Below are positions 18,942-28,822 of a DNA stretch of 64,000 bases, piece by piece. The notes beneath the pieces were generated by a model. The model saw nothing but the letters and a program-made list of their open reading frames with translations, ran no database searches and was not told where the DNA came from. The DNA is from an uncultured virus (IMG/VR IMGVR_UViG_2860819427_000001) (Duplodnaviria > Heunggongvirae > Uroviricota > Caudoviricetes): positions 1 through 64,000 of IMG/VR virus record IMGVR_UViG_2860819427_000001; one strand, written 5' to 3'. A program made the position numbers and the translations under genes. The first letter of the stretch is position 1. Each line of letters begins with the position of its first letter.

Positions 18942-19646
18942 ATGGCGAAAACTTACGTTGTACTCGACTTAGAAACGACAGGACTCGATTATCAGTCCGA
19001 ACAAATTACGGAAATCGGCGCGATTAAGATTGACGAAAGATTTAACGAAATTGATCGCTTTCATACGATGGTTGCGCTAGAAGAAGGGCGCGAGCTGCCG
19101 GAATTCATTACGAAACTGACCGGCATCACAGCCGCCGATCTCGAAGGCGCGCCGACTGAGTCCGAAGCGCTCGAAAAGCTGAACGAATTTATCGGAGATG
19201 CTATCGTAGTTGCGCAAAACGCTCCGTTCGATCTGTCGTTTATCAGTCGAGGCGGAATCGCGCCTAACCGATTCTACTGTACGCGAGCTATGGTGCGTTT
19301 TGTTGAGCCGGAGTTGTCTGCGAGTCTAAAGGACGTTGCTGAACGCAATGGTATTTCGCTTGAAGGACATCATCGAGCTCTTAACGACGTAGAAGCGACG
19401 ATTGAAATATTCCGGCTTTATCTACCGCATGTAAGAGAGGAGTATAACGGGTTCGAGAATATCGTCCAAGACTCCGCGGATCGACCGTTAAAGTTTAAGC
19501 CGAAGAACGCAATTGTACGCACAGTTCATATGGTCGCATTGGATAATACGGACTTAATTCGTTTGGTTCGAGCGTTTCCTGAAGATCACGATATGTTTTC
19601 CAAACTAGGTAATATTATCGACCGCACGATGAGGGGGCGTGATTAA
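18942..19646 (+). CDS. DEDDh 3'-5' exonuclease (Pol III epsilon-like)
   Basis: LDLETTG, NAPFD, HRALND. Confidence 0.9.
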   Translation: MAKTYVVLDLETTGLDYQSEQITEIGAIKIDERFNEIDRFHTMVALEEGRELPEFITKLTGITAADLEGAPTESEALEKLNEFIGDAIVVAQNAPFDLSFISRGGIAPNRFYCTRAMVRFVEPELSASLKDVAERNGISLEGHHRALNDVEATIEIFRLYLPHVREEYNGFENIVQDSADRPLKFKPKNAIVRTVHMVALDNTDLIRLVRAFPEDHDMFSKLGNIIDRTMRGRD

Positions 19647-20726
19647 TTGACGAACGCAAATGCACGATCAGCCGCAAACTCACTGCGCGCCCAATTAGCG
19701 CCGCAACAAACCGAGGACCAAGAATTCGCTCAGTTTATCGCGCAAGAGTTTAACGATATGCTATACGAATTCCATAAATATCCTCAGCCTTATGACGAGC
19801 TAATGGACGCTGAATTACACGAACAATATGCGCGAATCTTACGTGAACAAGCGGAGCCGGGATATTTCAACTGGAAGAAGGCGCCGGACGGAACACCACG
19901 GCCTGCGTTTTCGCCGAGCGGAGCGAGTAAATCGGAGCGTGAATTATACGAGAAAGCGCGTAAGGCAATGCGTGATCCACAAGCACCTACGCCAAACCAA
20001 CGAAACTGGACGGCACTCGGCTCGCAGGTCGGTGATTATATTCAGCGCGAGGTCTTACTTGCCGAACGTCATTACGAAAGACTGACGGGATTAAAGCCGA
20101 AGTTTCGCTTTGAACGGACAGATCGAGGTGAGCCTAAGTTCGAGCATTTCGTTAAGGTGATGCACGAAGTTGAACATAACGGAGAAAAGTTCGCTCTTAA
20201 CGGGTTGCCGGACGGAATCTTAATTTACACCGCAGATGATGGCCGACAGTATCGCGTAGGACTCGAAGTGAAGTCGTTTCAGAAAAGCTACTCGGAGTTT
20301 AAGAGGCAGGATAAACCGAAGTCTAGTCACGTAGATCAGACGATTTGCTACTCGGAAATGTACGACCTAGATTACTACATCGTCCTTTACCATCTGACGT
20401 ATGGCGTAAAGTGGGACCAAGACCTTAACCGCAACAAAACGTTTGGGATCGTTATTACGCAAGAGGATCGCGAGAAGACGTTTGATAAGTTCGCCAACGT
20501 AGCCAAGGCGGTAAGATTTTCGAGAGCACCTTCGTTAGATCTGTTCGAGTGGGATTATTACGAATATAAGCGCTCGACCTCGATGTCGTTGACTGACGAG
20601 GAGCTTGCCGATTTATATTCGTTGAAGAGTCGGATGCTTAGATCGCGATTACCAGACTGGAAGAAACAGCGATTAGTAGATGCGCTCGAGTTTATCGAAA
20701 AAGTACGCAAAGGGGAGGCGGTTTGA
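19647..20726 (+). CDS. PD-(D/E)xK exonuclease-like protein
   Basis: FSPS, GLPDG, LEVKS, QxxxY. Confidence 0.7.
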   Translation: MTNANARSAANSLRAQLAPQQTEDQEFAQFIAQEFNDMLYEFHKYPQPYDELMDAELHEQYARILREQAEPGYFNWKKAPDGTPRPAFSPSGASKSERELYEKARKAMRDPQAPTPNQRNWTALGSQVGDYIQREVLLAERHYERLTGLKPKFRFERTDRGEPKFEHFVKVMHEVEHNGEKFALNGLPDGILIYTADDGRQYRVGLEVKSFQKSYSEFKRQDKPKSSHVDQTICYSEMYDLDYYIVLYHLTYGVKWDQDLNRNKTFGIVITQEDREKTFDKFANVAKAVRFSRAPSLDLFEWDYYEYKRSTSMSLTDEELADLYSLKSRMLRSRLPDWKKQRLVDALEFIEKVRKGEAV

Positions 20727-21010
20727 TGTGCCGTTTCAATATTGGAGACACTGTGAAAGCAAAAAATTCACATAAGGAAGTAGGCTATAGGAGAGGAGAC
20801 ATTATTAGAGTAACGAGAAAAGGATATTTTTCCGGAGATTTCATCGGTGAGAATTTAACAGAACCGTCCGCATATGGAAACTCTCACGTATATATCGGAG
20901 ACCATTTCCGCGGCAAGAATATCCAAAGAGATAGCGTTGTTAAAGAACCGAAATATAAAGTGTATTTTCTCGGAATCCCTCTTTTATCGGTTAGAAAGGA
21001 GATCCGATGA
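20726..21010 (+). CDS. Hypothetical protein
   Basis: SD GGAGG; TGATG coupling. Confidence 0.6.
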   Translation: MCRFNIGDTVKAKNSHKEVGYRRGDIIRVTRKGYFSGDFIGENLTEPSAYGNSHVYIGDHFRGKNIQRDSVVKEPKYKVYFLGIPLLSVRKEIR

Positions 21011-21540
21011 CTAGCGCCAAGCCTATCCGCATTCTCGCGTTAGACATATCGACTAATCCCGGCTTCGCAGTCCTCGAATTCAAACGGCTGAAGGCAGGTC
21101 CGCGCGTGAATCTCGTACATGTAACGTCTGTCAGCACGACGAGCGAGTCGCCGGACAGTCATCGGTATTCCTACATCGAAGCCGCAACGACGATGGTTCT
21201 CCACGAGTGCGGACCGTTCGACGTTGTTGTCCGGGAGCATTATACGAAAGGGCGCAATAAACGATCGACACAAACGGTGTTTGGTGCGTGGGCTGTTATC
21301 GATCTAGCGCTCGGTAAGTACGGATATAAGGCGGATGTGGAGATCACGCCGACAACGGTTAAAAAGGACGTAACCGGAAAAGGCAGCGCATCAAAAGACG
21401 AAGTAGAGGCGGGAGTGCGGCGGATACTTTCGCTCCCAGCCGACTTTACATTTCGAACAGATGACGAATCGGATGCGGTGGCGATTGGGCTTTCGTATCT
21501 TGTTCGCGAGAAGATTATAAAACCGGGGGAGGCGGAATGA
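21007..21540 (+). CDS. RuvC-like Holliday junction resolvase
   Basis: ILALD...VVVRE...PTTVKKDVTGKGSASK...DESDA. Confidence 0.88.
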   Translation: MTSAKPIRILALDISTNPGFAVLEFKRLKAGPRVNLVHVTSVSTTSESPDSHRYSYIEAATTMVLHECGPFDVVVREHYTKGRNKRSTQTVFGAWAVIDLALGKYGYKADVEITPTTVKKDVTGKGSASKDEVEAGVRRILSLPADFTFRTDDESDAVAIGLSYLVREKIIKPGEAE

Positions 21541-21738
21541 ATGGGTAAAGGATATTTTTTAATCGCTGGTAAAACGGAGGGGTTTAGTTACGAGGATGCT
21601 AAAGTTCTTCGCTGTGGCTCCGAGATCGATGCAGAAAGCCTTGTCAACTCACTTAGGCACGAGGGCTATTCGATCTTTTACGTCACTAAAACCGTCTATC
21701 GAATCGATGATAACGCGACTATCAGGGAGGCGGAATAA
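21541..21738 (+). CDS. Hypothetical protein
   Basis: SD GGAGG; flanked by GGGAGGCGGAAT repeats. Confidence 0.6.
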   Translation: MGKGYFLIAGKTEGFSYEDAKVLRCGSEIDAESLVNSLRHEGYSIFYVTKTVYRIDDNATIREAE

Positions 21739-22100
21739 TGGATAAAGCGATGGAGTATATCGATAAGCTTTCAGCAAAGCTCGGAGTCGCGGCTGAGCAC
21801 GTTTACGGAGTTCTCGTGAAGCAGGCGTACGCTAACGGGGTAACTGACGTGCTCATCGGTGTCTTAGTGATCGCCGCAGCTACTCTTCTATCGGCATATA
21901 CTGCGAAATTCGTAAAGAAGCGCCTGAAAACTCACGGGATGGATGGCGTAGATCTATTCGTTCTAATCACCTTTTGCTTGGTATTTATCGTTTTACCAGT
22001 ATTCGGAGGGGTTGCATCGGTAGCTGACGGAATCAAGGCGCTAGTCAATCCGGAATACTACGCGATCAAAGACATTCTCGAAACGATCGGAGGGAAGTGA
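21738..22100 (+). CDS. Phage membrane protein
   Basis: Two TM segments; NPEYYAI motif. Confidence 0.7.
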   Translation: MDKAMEYIDKLSAKLGVAAEHVYGVLVKQAYANGVTDVLIGVLVIAAATLLSAYTAKFVKKRLKTHGMDGVDLFVLITFCLVFIVLPVFGGVASVADGIKALVNPEYYAIKDILETIGGK

Positions 22101-22345
22101 CGCGAATGTTTAAGCGGAGATTATACGAGACGCTCTCGTGGATAGTTATAGGCGCGATGTTCTTCCTGTGCGCTATCTTTATGAGGTGGGCGCTAACGTT
22201 TCCCGTAGTAAAGGCGATCTTTACGATTGCACTCGTATTCGGTCTGCTTCTCGTCGGACTTTACGGAATCATCCGTTTTATCTTATGGCTGATCGTTGAA
22301 CCATACCGCGCACATAAACGCGAGAAAGCGAGGGCGGCGGAATGA
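22097..22345 (+). CDS. Small membrane protein
   Basis: Two TM segments. Confidence 0.65.
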   Translation: MTRMFKRRLYETLSWIVIGAMFFLCAIFMRWALTFPVVKAIFTIALVFGLLLVGLYGIIRFILWLIVEPYRAHKREKARAAE

Positions 22346-22527
22346 TTTACGGAGCGACTGACGAAGGTTTGCGGAATATGAGACGCTGGCTTAACGAAAA
22401 GCTTATCGAAAGTGATACCGCCATCAACTTCCACGATCGGAAACTGATCGAAGAGCGAATCGAGCGTGAACGGACGCAGGCGCGTCTGGACGAAGTTGAG
22501 GCGGAAATTGAGAGACGGAAGGGGTGA
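22342..22527 (+). CDS. Coiled-coil hypothetical protein
   Basis: ATGA coupling. Confidence 0.6.
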   Translation: MIYGATDEGLRNMRRWLNEKLIESDTAINFHDRKLIEERIERERTQARLDEVEAEIERRKG

Positions 22528-22531
22528 TCGT

Positions 22532-22900
22532 ATGCTGATCGCCTACTACTCACTGACCGGCAACGTACGCCGTTTCGTCGCAAAGACCGGCCTAGTAGCC
22601 GTCGAAATTAAGCCGGGCCTGATGCTCTCCGAGCCGTTCGTATGTGTGACTGGTACGTACGGCTTCGGTCAGGTCGCCGGCACGGTTTCAGATTTCCTTG
22701 CGAATAACAGCGACTATCTCGCGGCCGTGGCTGCGTCAGGCAATCGTAACTGGGGCGATAATTACGCAAAGGCGGCCGATGTGATTGCGGCGCAATACGG
22801 CGTGCCGATAGTCGGGCGCTTTGAATTAGCGGGCACGGACGAGGACGTACGACAATTTATCGAAAGGGTGAATGCGCTTGACGAATTACATCGAACTTAA
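22532..22900 (+). CDS. nrdI: Class Ib RNR flavoprotein NrdI
   Basis: YYSLTGNVRRF, SGNRNWG, FELAGT. Confidence 0.93.
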   Translation: MLIAYYSLTGNVRRFVAKTGLVAVEIKPGLMLSEPFVCVTGTYGFGQVAGTVSDFLANNSDYLAAVAASGNRNWGDNYAKAADVIAAQYGVPIVGRFELAGTDEDVRQFIERVNALDELHRT

Positions 22901-24983
22901 TAACGAAATTATGATACAGAAGGACGGCCGGTTCCAATTCGAAAAGGATCTCGAAGCCGTCCGCGCTTATTTTATTGACTACGTAAATCAAAACACCGTA
23001 TTTTTCCATGACTTGGGCGAGAAGCTCGACTATTTGCGCGAGAACGATTACTACGAAACCGAATTCCTTGACGCCTATACGTTCGAAGAAATCAAGGCGG
23101 TCTATCAGGCGGCCTATGCGCACAAATTCCGATTCCCTTCGTTCATGAGCGCGTTCAAATTCTACAACGACTATGCGCTGAAGACGAACGACGGCAAAAA
23201 GATTCTTGAACGCTATGAGGACCGCGTTTCTGTTGTCGCGCTATTCTTCGCGGGAGGAGACGCAACCAAGGCGATCGAGTACGTCGATTTAATGATGCGC
23301 CAAGAATATCAGCCTTCGACGCCGACGTTTTTGAATGCGGGCCGGAAGCGACGGGGCGAGTTAGTTTCGTGTTTCCTGCTCGAAGTTAACGATTCCCTTA
23401 ACGATATTAGTCGCGCGATTGATATTTCGATGCAACTCTCGAAGCTTGGCGGTGGCGTATCGCTTAACTTATCGAAGCTAAGAGCGAAAGGCGAGGCGAT
23501 TAAAGACGTAGAGAATGCGACGAAGGGTGTCGTAGGCGTAATGAAACTGCTGGACCATGCGTTCAGATATGCGGATCAAATGGGTCAGCGGCAAGGGTCT
23601 GGCGCGGCTTATCTAAACGTATTCCATGCGGACATCCACGATTTCCTTGATACGAAGAAAATCTCGGCAGATGAGGACGTCCGGGTCAAAACGCTTTCCA
23701 TCGGCGTTGTCATCCCGGATAAATTCATCGAACTGGCGCGAGAGAATCGACCGGCTTACGTGTTCTATCCGCACACCGTTTACAAGGCGTACGGCCAACA
23801 CTTAGACGAAATGGATATCGAAGAGATGTACGACCAACTCGTTGATAATCCGGCTGTCCGTAAAGACAAGATCGACGCACGGAAGCTCCTCGAAAAGCTC
23901 GCCGTGCTGCGTTCCGAATCGGGCTATCCGTACATCATGTTCGAAGGAAACGTAAACGCAGAGCACGCGAACAGCCACGTATCGAAGGTTAAATTTTCGA
24001 ATCTGTGCTCGGAGGTCCTTCAGGCGTCGCAAGTATCGGAATACACCGACTACGGCGAAGAAGACGAAATCGGCCTTGATATTTCGTGTAATCTCGGATC
24101 GCTCAACGTTGCAAACGTAATGAAAAACGGAGACTTCGAAACGATCGTCAAGCTTTCCGTCGATGCACTTACGCACGTATCCGAAACTTCGAATATCAAG
24201 AATGCGCCTGCTGTTGCGCGAGCTAACCGGGAGATGCGGTCGATCGGACTCGGCGCGATGAACCTGCACGGTTATCTAGCGCAGAATGGAATCGCTTATG
24301 AGTCGGAGGAAGCACGGGATTTCGCCAACGTATTCTTTGCGACGGTTAACTACTGGACGTTGGTGCGCTCGAATGAATTGGCGCAGCAGACCGGTAGCAC
24401 GTACGAGGGCTACGAGGGTTCTACGTATGCAAACGGAGAGTATTTCGAAAAGTATTTCGATAGGCTGGGCGATGCTTTTATTTATTGCGAGCCAAATACG
24501 AGGAAAGTTGCCGAGCTATTCGAGGGAATACGTATTCCTGACGTTACTGATTGGGCGACTCTTAGTGATAACGTAATTAAATATGGACTCTACCACGCAT
24601 ATAGACTTGCGATTGCGCCTACGGGGTCTATTTCGTATGTGCAGTCGGCTACGGCGTCAGTCATGCCGATTATGGAGCGCATCGAGGAGCGTACGTACGG
24701 AAATTCGAAAACGTATTATCCTATGCCGGGACTATCGCCGCAGAATTGGTTCTTCTACAAGGAAGCTTACGACATGGATATGTTTAAAGTCGTCGATATG
24801 ATCGCAACGATTCAGCAGCACGTCGACCAAGGCATCTCGTTTACGCTGTTCTTGAAAGATACGATGACGACGCGCGATCTGAATCGGATTGATTTATACG
24901 CACATCACAAAGGAATTAAAACGCTGTATTATGCGCGAACAAAAGATACGGGCCAGGATTCGTGCTTGAGTTGCGTCGTTTAA
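22878..24983 (+). CDS. nrdE: Class Ib ribonucleotide reductase alpha subunit
   Basis: PSTPTFLNAG, SCFL, SNLCSE, APTGSIS, KTLYY, C-terminal CLSCVV. Confidence 0.97.
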   Translation: MTNYIELNNEIMIQKDGRFQFEKDLEAVRAYFIDYVNQNTVFFHDLGEKLDYLRENDYYETEFLDAYTFEEIKAVYQAAYAHKFRFPSFMSAFKFYNDYALKTNDGKKILERYEDRVSVVALFFAGGDATKAIEYVDLMMRQEYQPSTPTFLNAGRKRRGELVSCFLLEVNDSLNDISRAIDISMQLSKLGGGVSLNLSKLRAKGEAIKDVENATKGVVGVMKLLDHAFRYADQMGQRQGSGAAYLNVFHADIHDFLDTKKISADEDVRVKTLSIGVVIPDKFIELARENRPAYVFYPHTVYKAYGQHLDEMDIEEMYDQLVDNPAVRKDKIDARKLLEKLAVLRSESGYPYIMFEGNVNAEHANSHVSKVKFSNLCSEVLQASQVSEYTDYGEEDEIGLDISCNLGSLNVANVMKNGDFETIVKLSVDALTHVSETSNIKNAPAVARANREMRSIGLGAMNLHGYLAQNGIAYESEEARDFANVFFATVNYWTLVRSNELAQQTGSTYEGYEGSTYANGEYFEKYFDRLGDAFIYCEPNTRKVAELFEGIRIPDVTDWATLSDNVIKYGLYHAYRLAIAPTGSISYVQSATASVMPIMERIEERTYGNSKTYYPMPGLSPQNWFFYKEAYDMDMFKVVDMIATIQQHVDQGISFTLFLKDTMTTRDLNRIDLYAHHKGIKTLYYARTKDTGQDSCLSCVV

Positions 24984-25002
24984 ACGAAGAGGAGGCGGAG
25001 GT

Positions 25003-25179
25003 ATGCGGAAGGTTAAAATCGAAGGTTACGTGCTTTATAACGAGGATGAGTTAATTCATGGATCTTGTGTAACGGATGAAATCGATCATTGGCTGTTCAG
25101 TCAGGCCGATTTTCCGTATGAGTGGATGTTCAAGGCTGTTTCGGACGAAGAAGTATATGTTAAAGAGGAGGACGAATAA
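25003..25179 (+). CDS. Acidic hypothetical protein between nrdE and nrdF (58 aa)
   Basis: SD GGAGG; open frame. Confidence 0.55.
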   Translation: MRKVKIEGYVLYNEDELIHGSCVTDEIDHWLFSQADFPYEWMFKAVSDEEVYVKEEDE

Positions 25180-26163
25180 TTGACGAACGCAAACGCAATC
25201 CATACGGCGGCTGACTGGTCGCGTCACGAAGACGAATTCACGCAGATGTTTTACGCGCAGAACGTTAAGCAGTTTTGGCTCCCGGAGGAGATTTCGCTTA
25301 ATGGCGATCTCCTTTCGTGGAAGGCGCTAGCCCCGGCTGAGCAGACGACATACATGCGGGGCCTTGCGGGCCTGACGCTTCTGGACACGGAGCAGGGAAA
25401 TACCGGAATGCCTATCATTGCGCAACACATCGACGGCCACCAGCGGAAAGCCGTGCTGAATTTTATGGCGATGATGGAGAACGCTGTCCATGCGAAGTCC
25501 TATTCGAACATATTCATGACGTTGGCGCCTACCGAAACGATTAACGAAGTATTCGAATGGGTTAAGACGAATCCGTATTTGCAGCGGAAGGCGGCGCTGA
25601 TAACCGGCTTATATCGCGACATAAAAGAGGGCGATGCCATTTCGCTGTATAAGGCGCTTGTGGCTTCGGTTTACCTCGAAAGCTTCCTGTTTTATTCCGG
25701 CTTTTATTATCCGCTATACTTCGCCGGCCAAGGCAAGCTAACGAGCAGCGGCGAGATCATTAATCTTATTATTCGCGATGAAGCGATCCATGGCGTGTAC
25801 GTCGGCTTATTGGCGCAAGAGATTTACGGAAAGCAAGATCCGGACGTTCAACTAGAGATGCGCGACTTTGCCGTCGAACTACTGACGGAGCTGTACGATA
25901 ATGAAGTCGCATATACCGAGGATGTATACGATGCGGTCGGCTTAACGCACGATGTAAAGCGATTCCTTCGATACAACGCGAATAAGGCGCTACAAAACCT
26001 CGGCTTCGATCCGTATTTCGAAGAGGAAAGGCCGAATCCTATCGTCATGAACGGACTGAATACGAAGACGAAATCGCACGACTTCTTCTCGCAAAAAGGG
26101 AACGGCTATAAGAAGGCGACGGTCGAGGCGCTCAAAGATTCGGATTTTTATTTCGGCGAATAA
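25180..26163 (+). CDS. nrdF: Class Ib ribonucleotide reductase beta subunit
   Basis: [41 protein letters not shown]. Confidence 0.97.
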   Translation: MTNANAIHTAADWSRHEDEFTQMFYAQNVKQFWLPEEISLNGDLLSWKALAPAEQTTYMRGLAGLTLLDTEQGNTGMPIIAQHIDGHQRKAVLNFMAMMENAVHAKSYSNIFMTLAPTETINEVFEWVKTNPYLQRKAALITGLYRDIKEGDAISLYKALVASVYLESFLFYSGFYYPLYFAGQGKLTSSGEIINLIIRDEAIHGVYVGLLAQEIYGKQDPDVQLEMRDFAVELLTELYDNEVAYTEDVYDAVGLTHDVKRFLRYNANKALQNLGFDPYFEEERPNPIVMNGLNTKTKSHDFFSQKGNGYKKATVEALKDSDFYFGE

Positions 26164-26262
26164 GCGTCCATTTTCCGGAGTGGATTCGCAGTTATTTATG
26201 AAGACGTTGTGCCAAACGGAAAGTTAATACGCAGTTATATACGAAAGGAAATTATCCTGCGA

Positions 26263-26301
26263 TGTCGCAAAAGTGGCGATTACCTACCCGTTATATAAGT
26301 G
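26263..26301 (+). promoter_or_regulatory. Phage-specific motif A, copy 3
   Basis: TGTCGCAAAA-N10-CCTACCCGTTATATAAGTG. Confidence 0.7.
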
Positions 26302-26316
26302 AGGAGGTTATCGCGT

Positions 26317-26463
26317 ATGAAACGATTTATTAGCGCCGCGGCAACGATCATCGCCGGACTGCTCTTCATTATACCGTACATCCATACGATAGGATTCCGG
26401 TGGTTTTCGATAGTAGCCGTGTTCGCCTTGATTGCGATATTAACGAAGGAGGAAACGAAATGA
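26317..26463 (+). CDS. Small two-TM protein (48 aa)
   Basis: SD GAGGAGG; ATGA coupling to dut. Confidence 0.6.
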   Translation: MKRFISAAATIIAGLLFIIPYIHTIGFRWFSIVAVFALIAILTKEETK

Positions 26464-27038
26464 ACGTAAATATAAAACGGTTATCACCGGACGCACAGAT
26501 TCCGACTTATGCGCACGCAACGGACGCCGGTTTCGATTTAGTGGCGGCAAAGGACGTTATTATCGAACCGGGCGAGACCGCGTGTGTGCCGACGGGCTTG
26601 GCGTTCGAGATTCCGGAAGGTTACGAAATGCAGATCCGACCACGGTCAGGAATTACGCTGAAGACGCCTTTGCGCGTTCAGTTAGGGACGGTTGACGCGG
26701 GCTATAGGGGCGAGGTCGGAGTGAACGTCGATAATATCGCCGAGAGATCATCGGCAATCAACTTAGACAACTGGACAAAGTACGAACATATTGACGGAAC
26801 TACGACGGAAACAGCAAAGCATGCACGGTACTGTAAGCGATGGGGTGATTACGTCGAACAAGATGAAGTTGCGTATAAGACGTACATCATCCGCAAAGGC
26901 GACCGCCTGGCGCAAGCCGTAATCAAGCCGGTCGAGCAGGCGGTGTTTACGGAAGTTGATGCGCTCGGCGATAGCGATCGAGGTGCGGGCGGCTTTGGGT
27001 CATCTGGAATTTCTATTTATAAGGAACAAAGAACGTAA
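26460..27038 (+). CDS. dut: Trimeric dUTPase with a phage-type insertion
   Basis: AGFDL, RPRSG, GTVDAGYRGE, RGAGGFGSSG. Confidence 0.95.
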   Translation: MNVNIKRLSPDAQIPTYAHATDAGFDLVAAKDVIIEPGETACVPTGLAFEIPEGYEMQIRPRSGITLKTPLRVQLGTVDAGYRGEVGVNVDNIAERSSAINLDNWTKYEHIDGTTTETAKHARYCKRWGDYVEQDEVAYKTYIIRKGDRLAQAVIKPVEQAVFTEVDALGDSDRGAGGFGSSGISIYKEQRT

Positions 27039-27402
27039 CACATATCCTGCTGCCTTCCGCAAAAGAAGGATTGTCAAATCTTATTTTAGAAAAGTCAGCA
27101 GTTCTTCCTCGAAATAGTGAGTGAGCAAGCTCTTTGATGCCTGTAAGATTTCCACTTTTATCTAAGGCTTTTAAAATACGCTCCTCTAAACTGTCATTGT
27201 CCAGACGACCTTTAACTGAAGCTTCAGGGAGGCCATCGTGCAAGCGTTTAGCTTCTTCGGGTGACTCCATGTCAATATAAAACCCAGTTATGGTAAGACC
27301 GACCTCGTTGAAGTCTTCAACGCGTAAGCTAATCTGAGAACTTTCTCCGATCTTTCTAAGAACTATATTCATAATCTCTTGGTCTTCTTGAGTGCTATAC
27401 AT
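27013..27402 (-). CDS. AT-rich antisense accessory gene, unknown function
   Basis: SD AAGGAGG; opposite strand within the operon. Confidence 0.65.
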   Translation of the reverse strand: MYSTQEDQEIMNIVLRKIGESSQISLRVEDFNEVGLTITGFYIDMESPEEAKRLHDGLPEASVKGRLDNDSLEERILKALDKSGNLTGIKELAHSLFRGRTADFSKIRFDNPSFAEGSRICVTFFVPYK

Positions 27403-27455
27403 GTAAATTCCTCCTTTTATATAAAATTATAACATAGAAAGGTTGTTTGGTATTG

Positions 27456-28214
27456 ATGAAAGCACAGCTAATCGCACATACGCAGTTAAGCGAAAAATTT
27501 TACGATAGCTTTGACGAATTAGATAGCGTAGGTAATTACGATTTCAATTATCTAAGCCAATTTGATACGACGGAGGGGAAGCTCGTCGCCCTCACCGCAA
27601 TCAGAACATGCTACAGCGCCAACAAACCGACCGAAATCGTCGCAAAGGAAGGCGCCAAGTATTTCGGCTCCAAAGCGTCAGACGGCGGCGAAGGCACGGA
27701 CGCCGACCGGCTATTCCGACATATCGTCCGTTCGGGCCATTCGTCGACGTTAGAGCATATCTCGTTCACCTTCGCGATTGAAGGCGTCAGCCGGGCGTTA
27801 CTGGCGCAGCTTACACGGCACAGAGTCGGTTTTAGCTTCAGCGTCCAGTCACAACGTTATGTGCGGATGGGAAGTGACGACAAGATCGGCGGATTCGATT
27901 ACGTGCTTCCGGACAGCGTCAAAGGATCGACCGTTAAAGAAGCGCTTTTCCGAGCGGCAATGAGAGCGCATCAGGAGGATTACGATGCGTTAAGATCGCA
28001 AGGTGTGCCCGCAGAAGATGCGAGAGCCGTCCTACCGAACGCAGCCGCAACGAATCTCGTAATGACTGCGAACCTGACCGCGTTGCTTTCGTTCTATTCC
28101 AAACGTAAAAAGGGACGCGGCGCACAGGCGGAAATTACCGAGCTAGCCGAAGCGCTAAGACGCGAAGTGGTCGCCGTGGAGCCATGGACGGACCAGTTTT
28201 TCGAGGAGGTGTAA
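27456..28214 (+). CDS. thyX: Flavin-dependent thymidylate synthase
   Basis: GHSSTLEH, SRALLAQLTRHR, SQRY, EDARAVLP. Confidence 0.95.
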   Translation: MKAQLIAHTQLSEKFYDSFDELDSVGNYDFNYLSQFDTTEGKLVALTAIRTCYSANKPTEIVAKEGAKYFGSKASDGGEGTDADRLFRHIVRSGHSSTLEHISFTFAIEGVSRALLAQLTRHRVGFSFSVQSQRYVRMGSDDKIGGFDYVLPDSVKGSTVKEALFRAAMRAHQEDYDALRSQGVPAEDARAVLPNAAATNLVMTANLTALLSFYSKRKKGRGAQAEITELAEALRREVVAVEPWTDQFFEEV

Positions 28215-28216
28215 GC

Positions 28217-28807
28217 ATCGGTATACTAACGAATCTAGCGATGTCAACGCAATTACTTACGAACCCAACCGCCAAGCCGCCGGAACCTCCACCGCCAGAC
28301 CCGCCACGCATCACCGAAGAAGAATCCGCGCTCCAAGAGGCGGAATCCGTTATCGAAGGCAAGGACGTTGAACTGGCGGTCAAGGATGCGAAGATAAAAG
28401 CGCTCGAATCCGAACTTGCTTCCGTAAAAGACGAAGTTAGGGCGCAGTCTAACGAAAAGCGCGAGAAGCCGCCGTATAAGAACGAAGAGCCCGCCGCATG
28501 GCAAACGTTCGAAGCGTCTGCTTATACGGCCTATTGCGCGGAAGGATGTACCGGAACCACAGCGACCGGCCTCGACGTCAGCCATACGATCTACCACGGA
28601 GGCAAGCGTATTATAGCGGTCGATCCGTCAGTGATTGCGTTAGGCTCGAGGGTTGAGGTGCGGCAGGCAGACGGCACGACGTTTGAAGCCGTGGCACAGG
28701 ATACAGGCGGTTACATTAAAGGCGCCAAGATTGACGTACTAGTTGCGAATGAAACCGACGCGGTACAGTTCGGACGCCAGTCGGTGCAGGTTCGCGTAAT
28801 AAATTAA
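28217..28807 (+). CDS. 3D-domain cell-wall-associated protein
   Basis: ASAYT, IAVDPSVI.LGS, AQDTGG.IKG.KIDV; start uncertain (ATC after GAGGAGG, or ATG 28241). Confidence 0.85.
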   Translation: MGILTNLAMSTQLLTNPTAKPPEPPPPDPPRITEEESALQEAESVIEGKDVELAVKDAKIKALESELASVKDEVRAQSNEKREKPPYKNEEPAAWQTFEASAYTAYCAEGCTGTTATGLDVSHTIYHGGKRIIAVDPSVIALGSRVEVRQADGTTFEAVAQDTGGYIKGAKIDVLVANETDAVQFGRQSVQVRVIN

Positions 28808-28822
28808 CGGGAGGGCCATGTA

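Noticed and set aside
19647..25197. Shared MTNANA start of the nuclease and nrdF
   Set aside because: Only about 18 nt; no function supportable beyond junction microhomology
22878..26163. Introns/inteins in nrdE/nrdF as in SPbeta, or metal-free class Ie RNR
   Set aside because: Both ORFs are uninterrupted and of normal length, and the NrdF metal ligands are present
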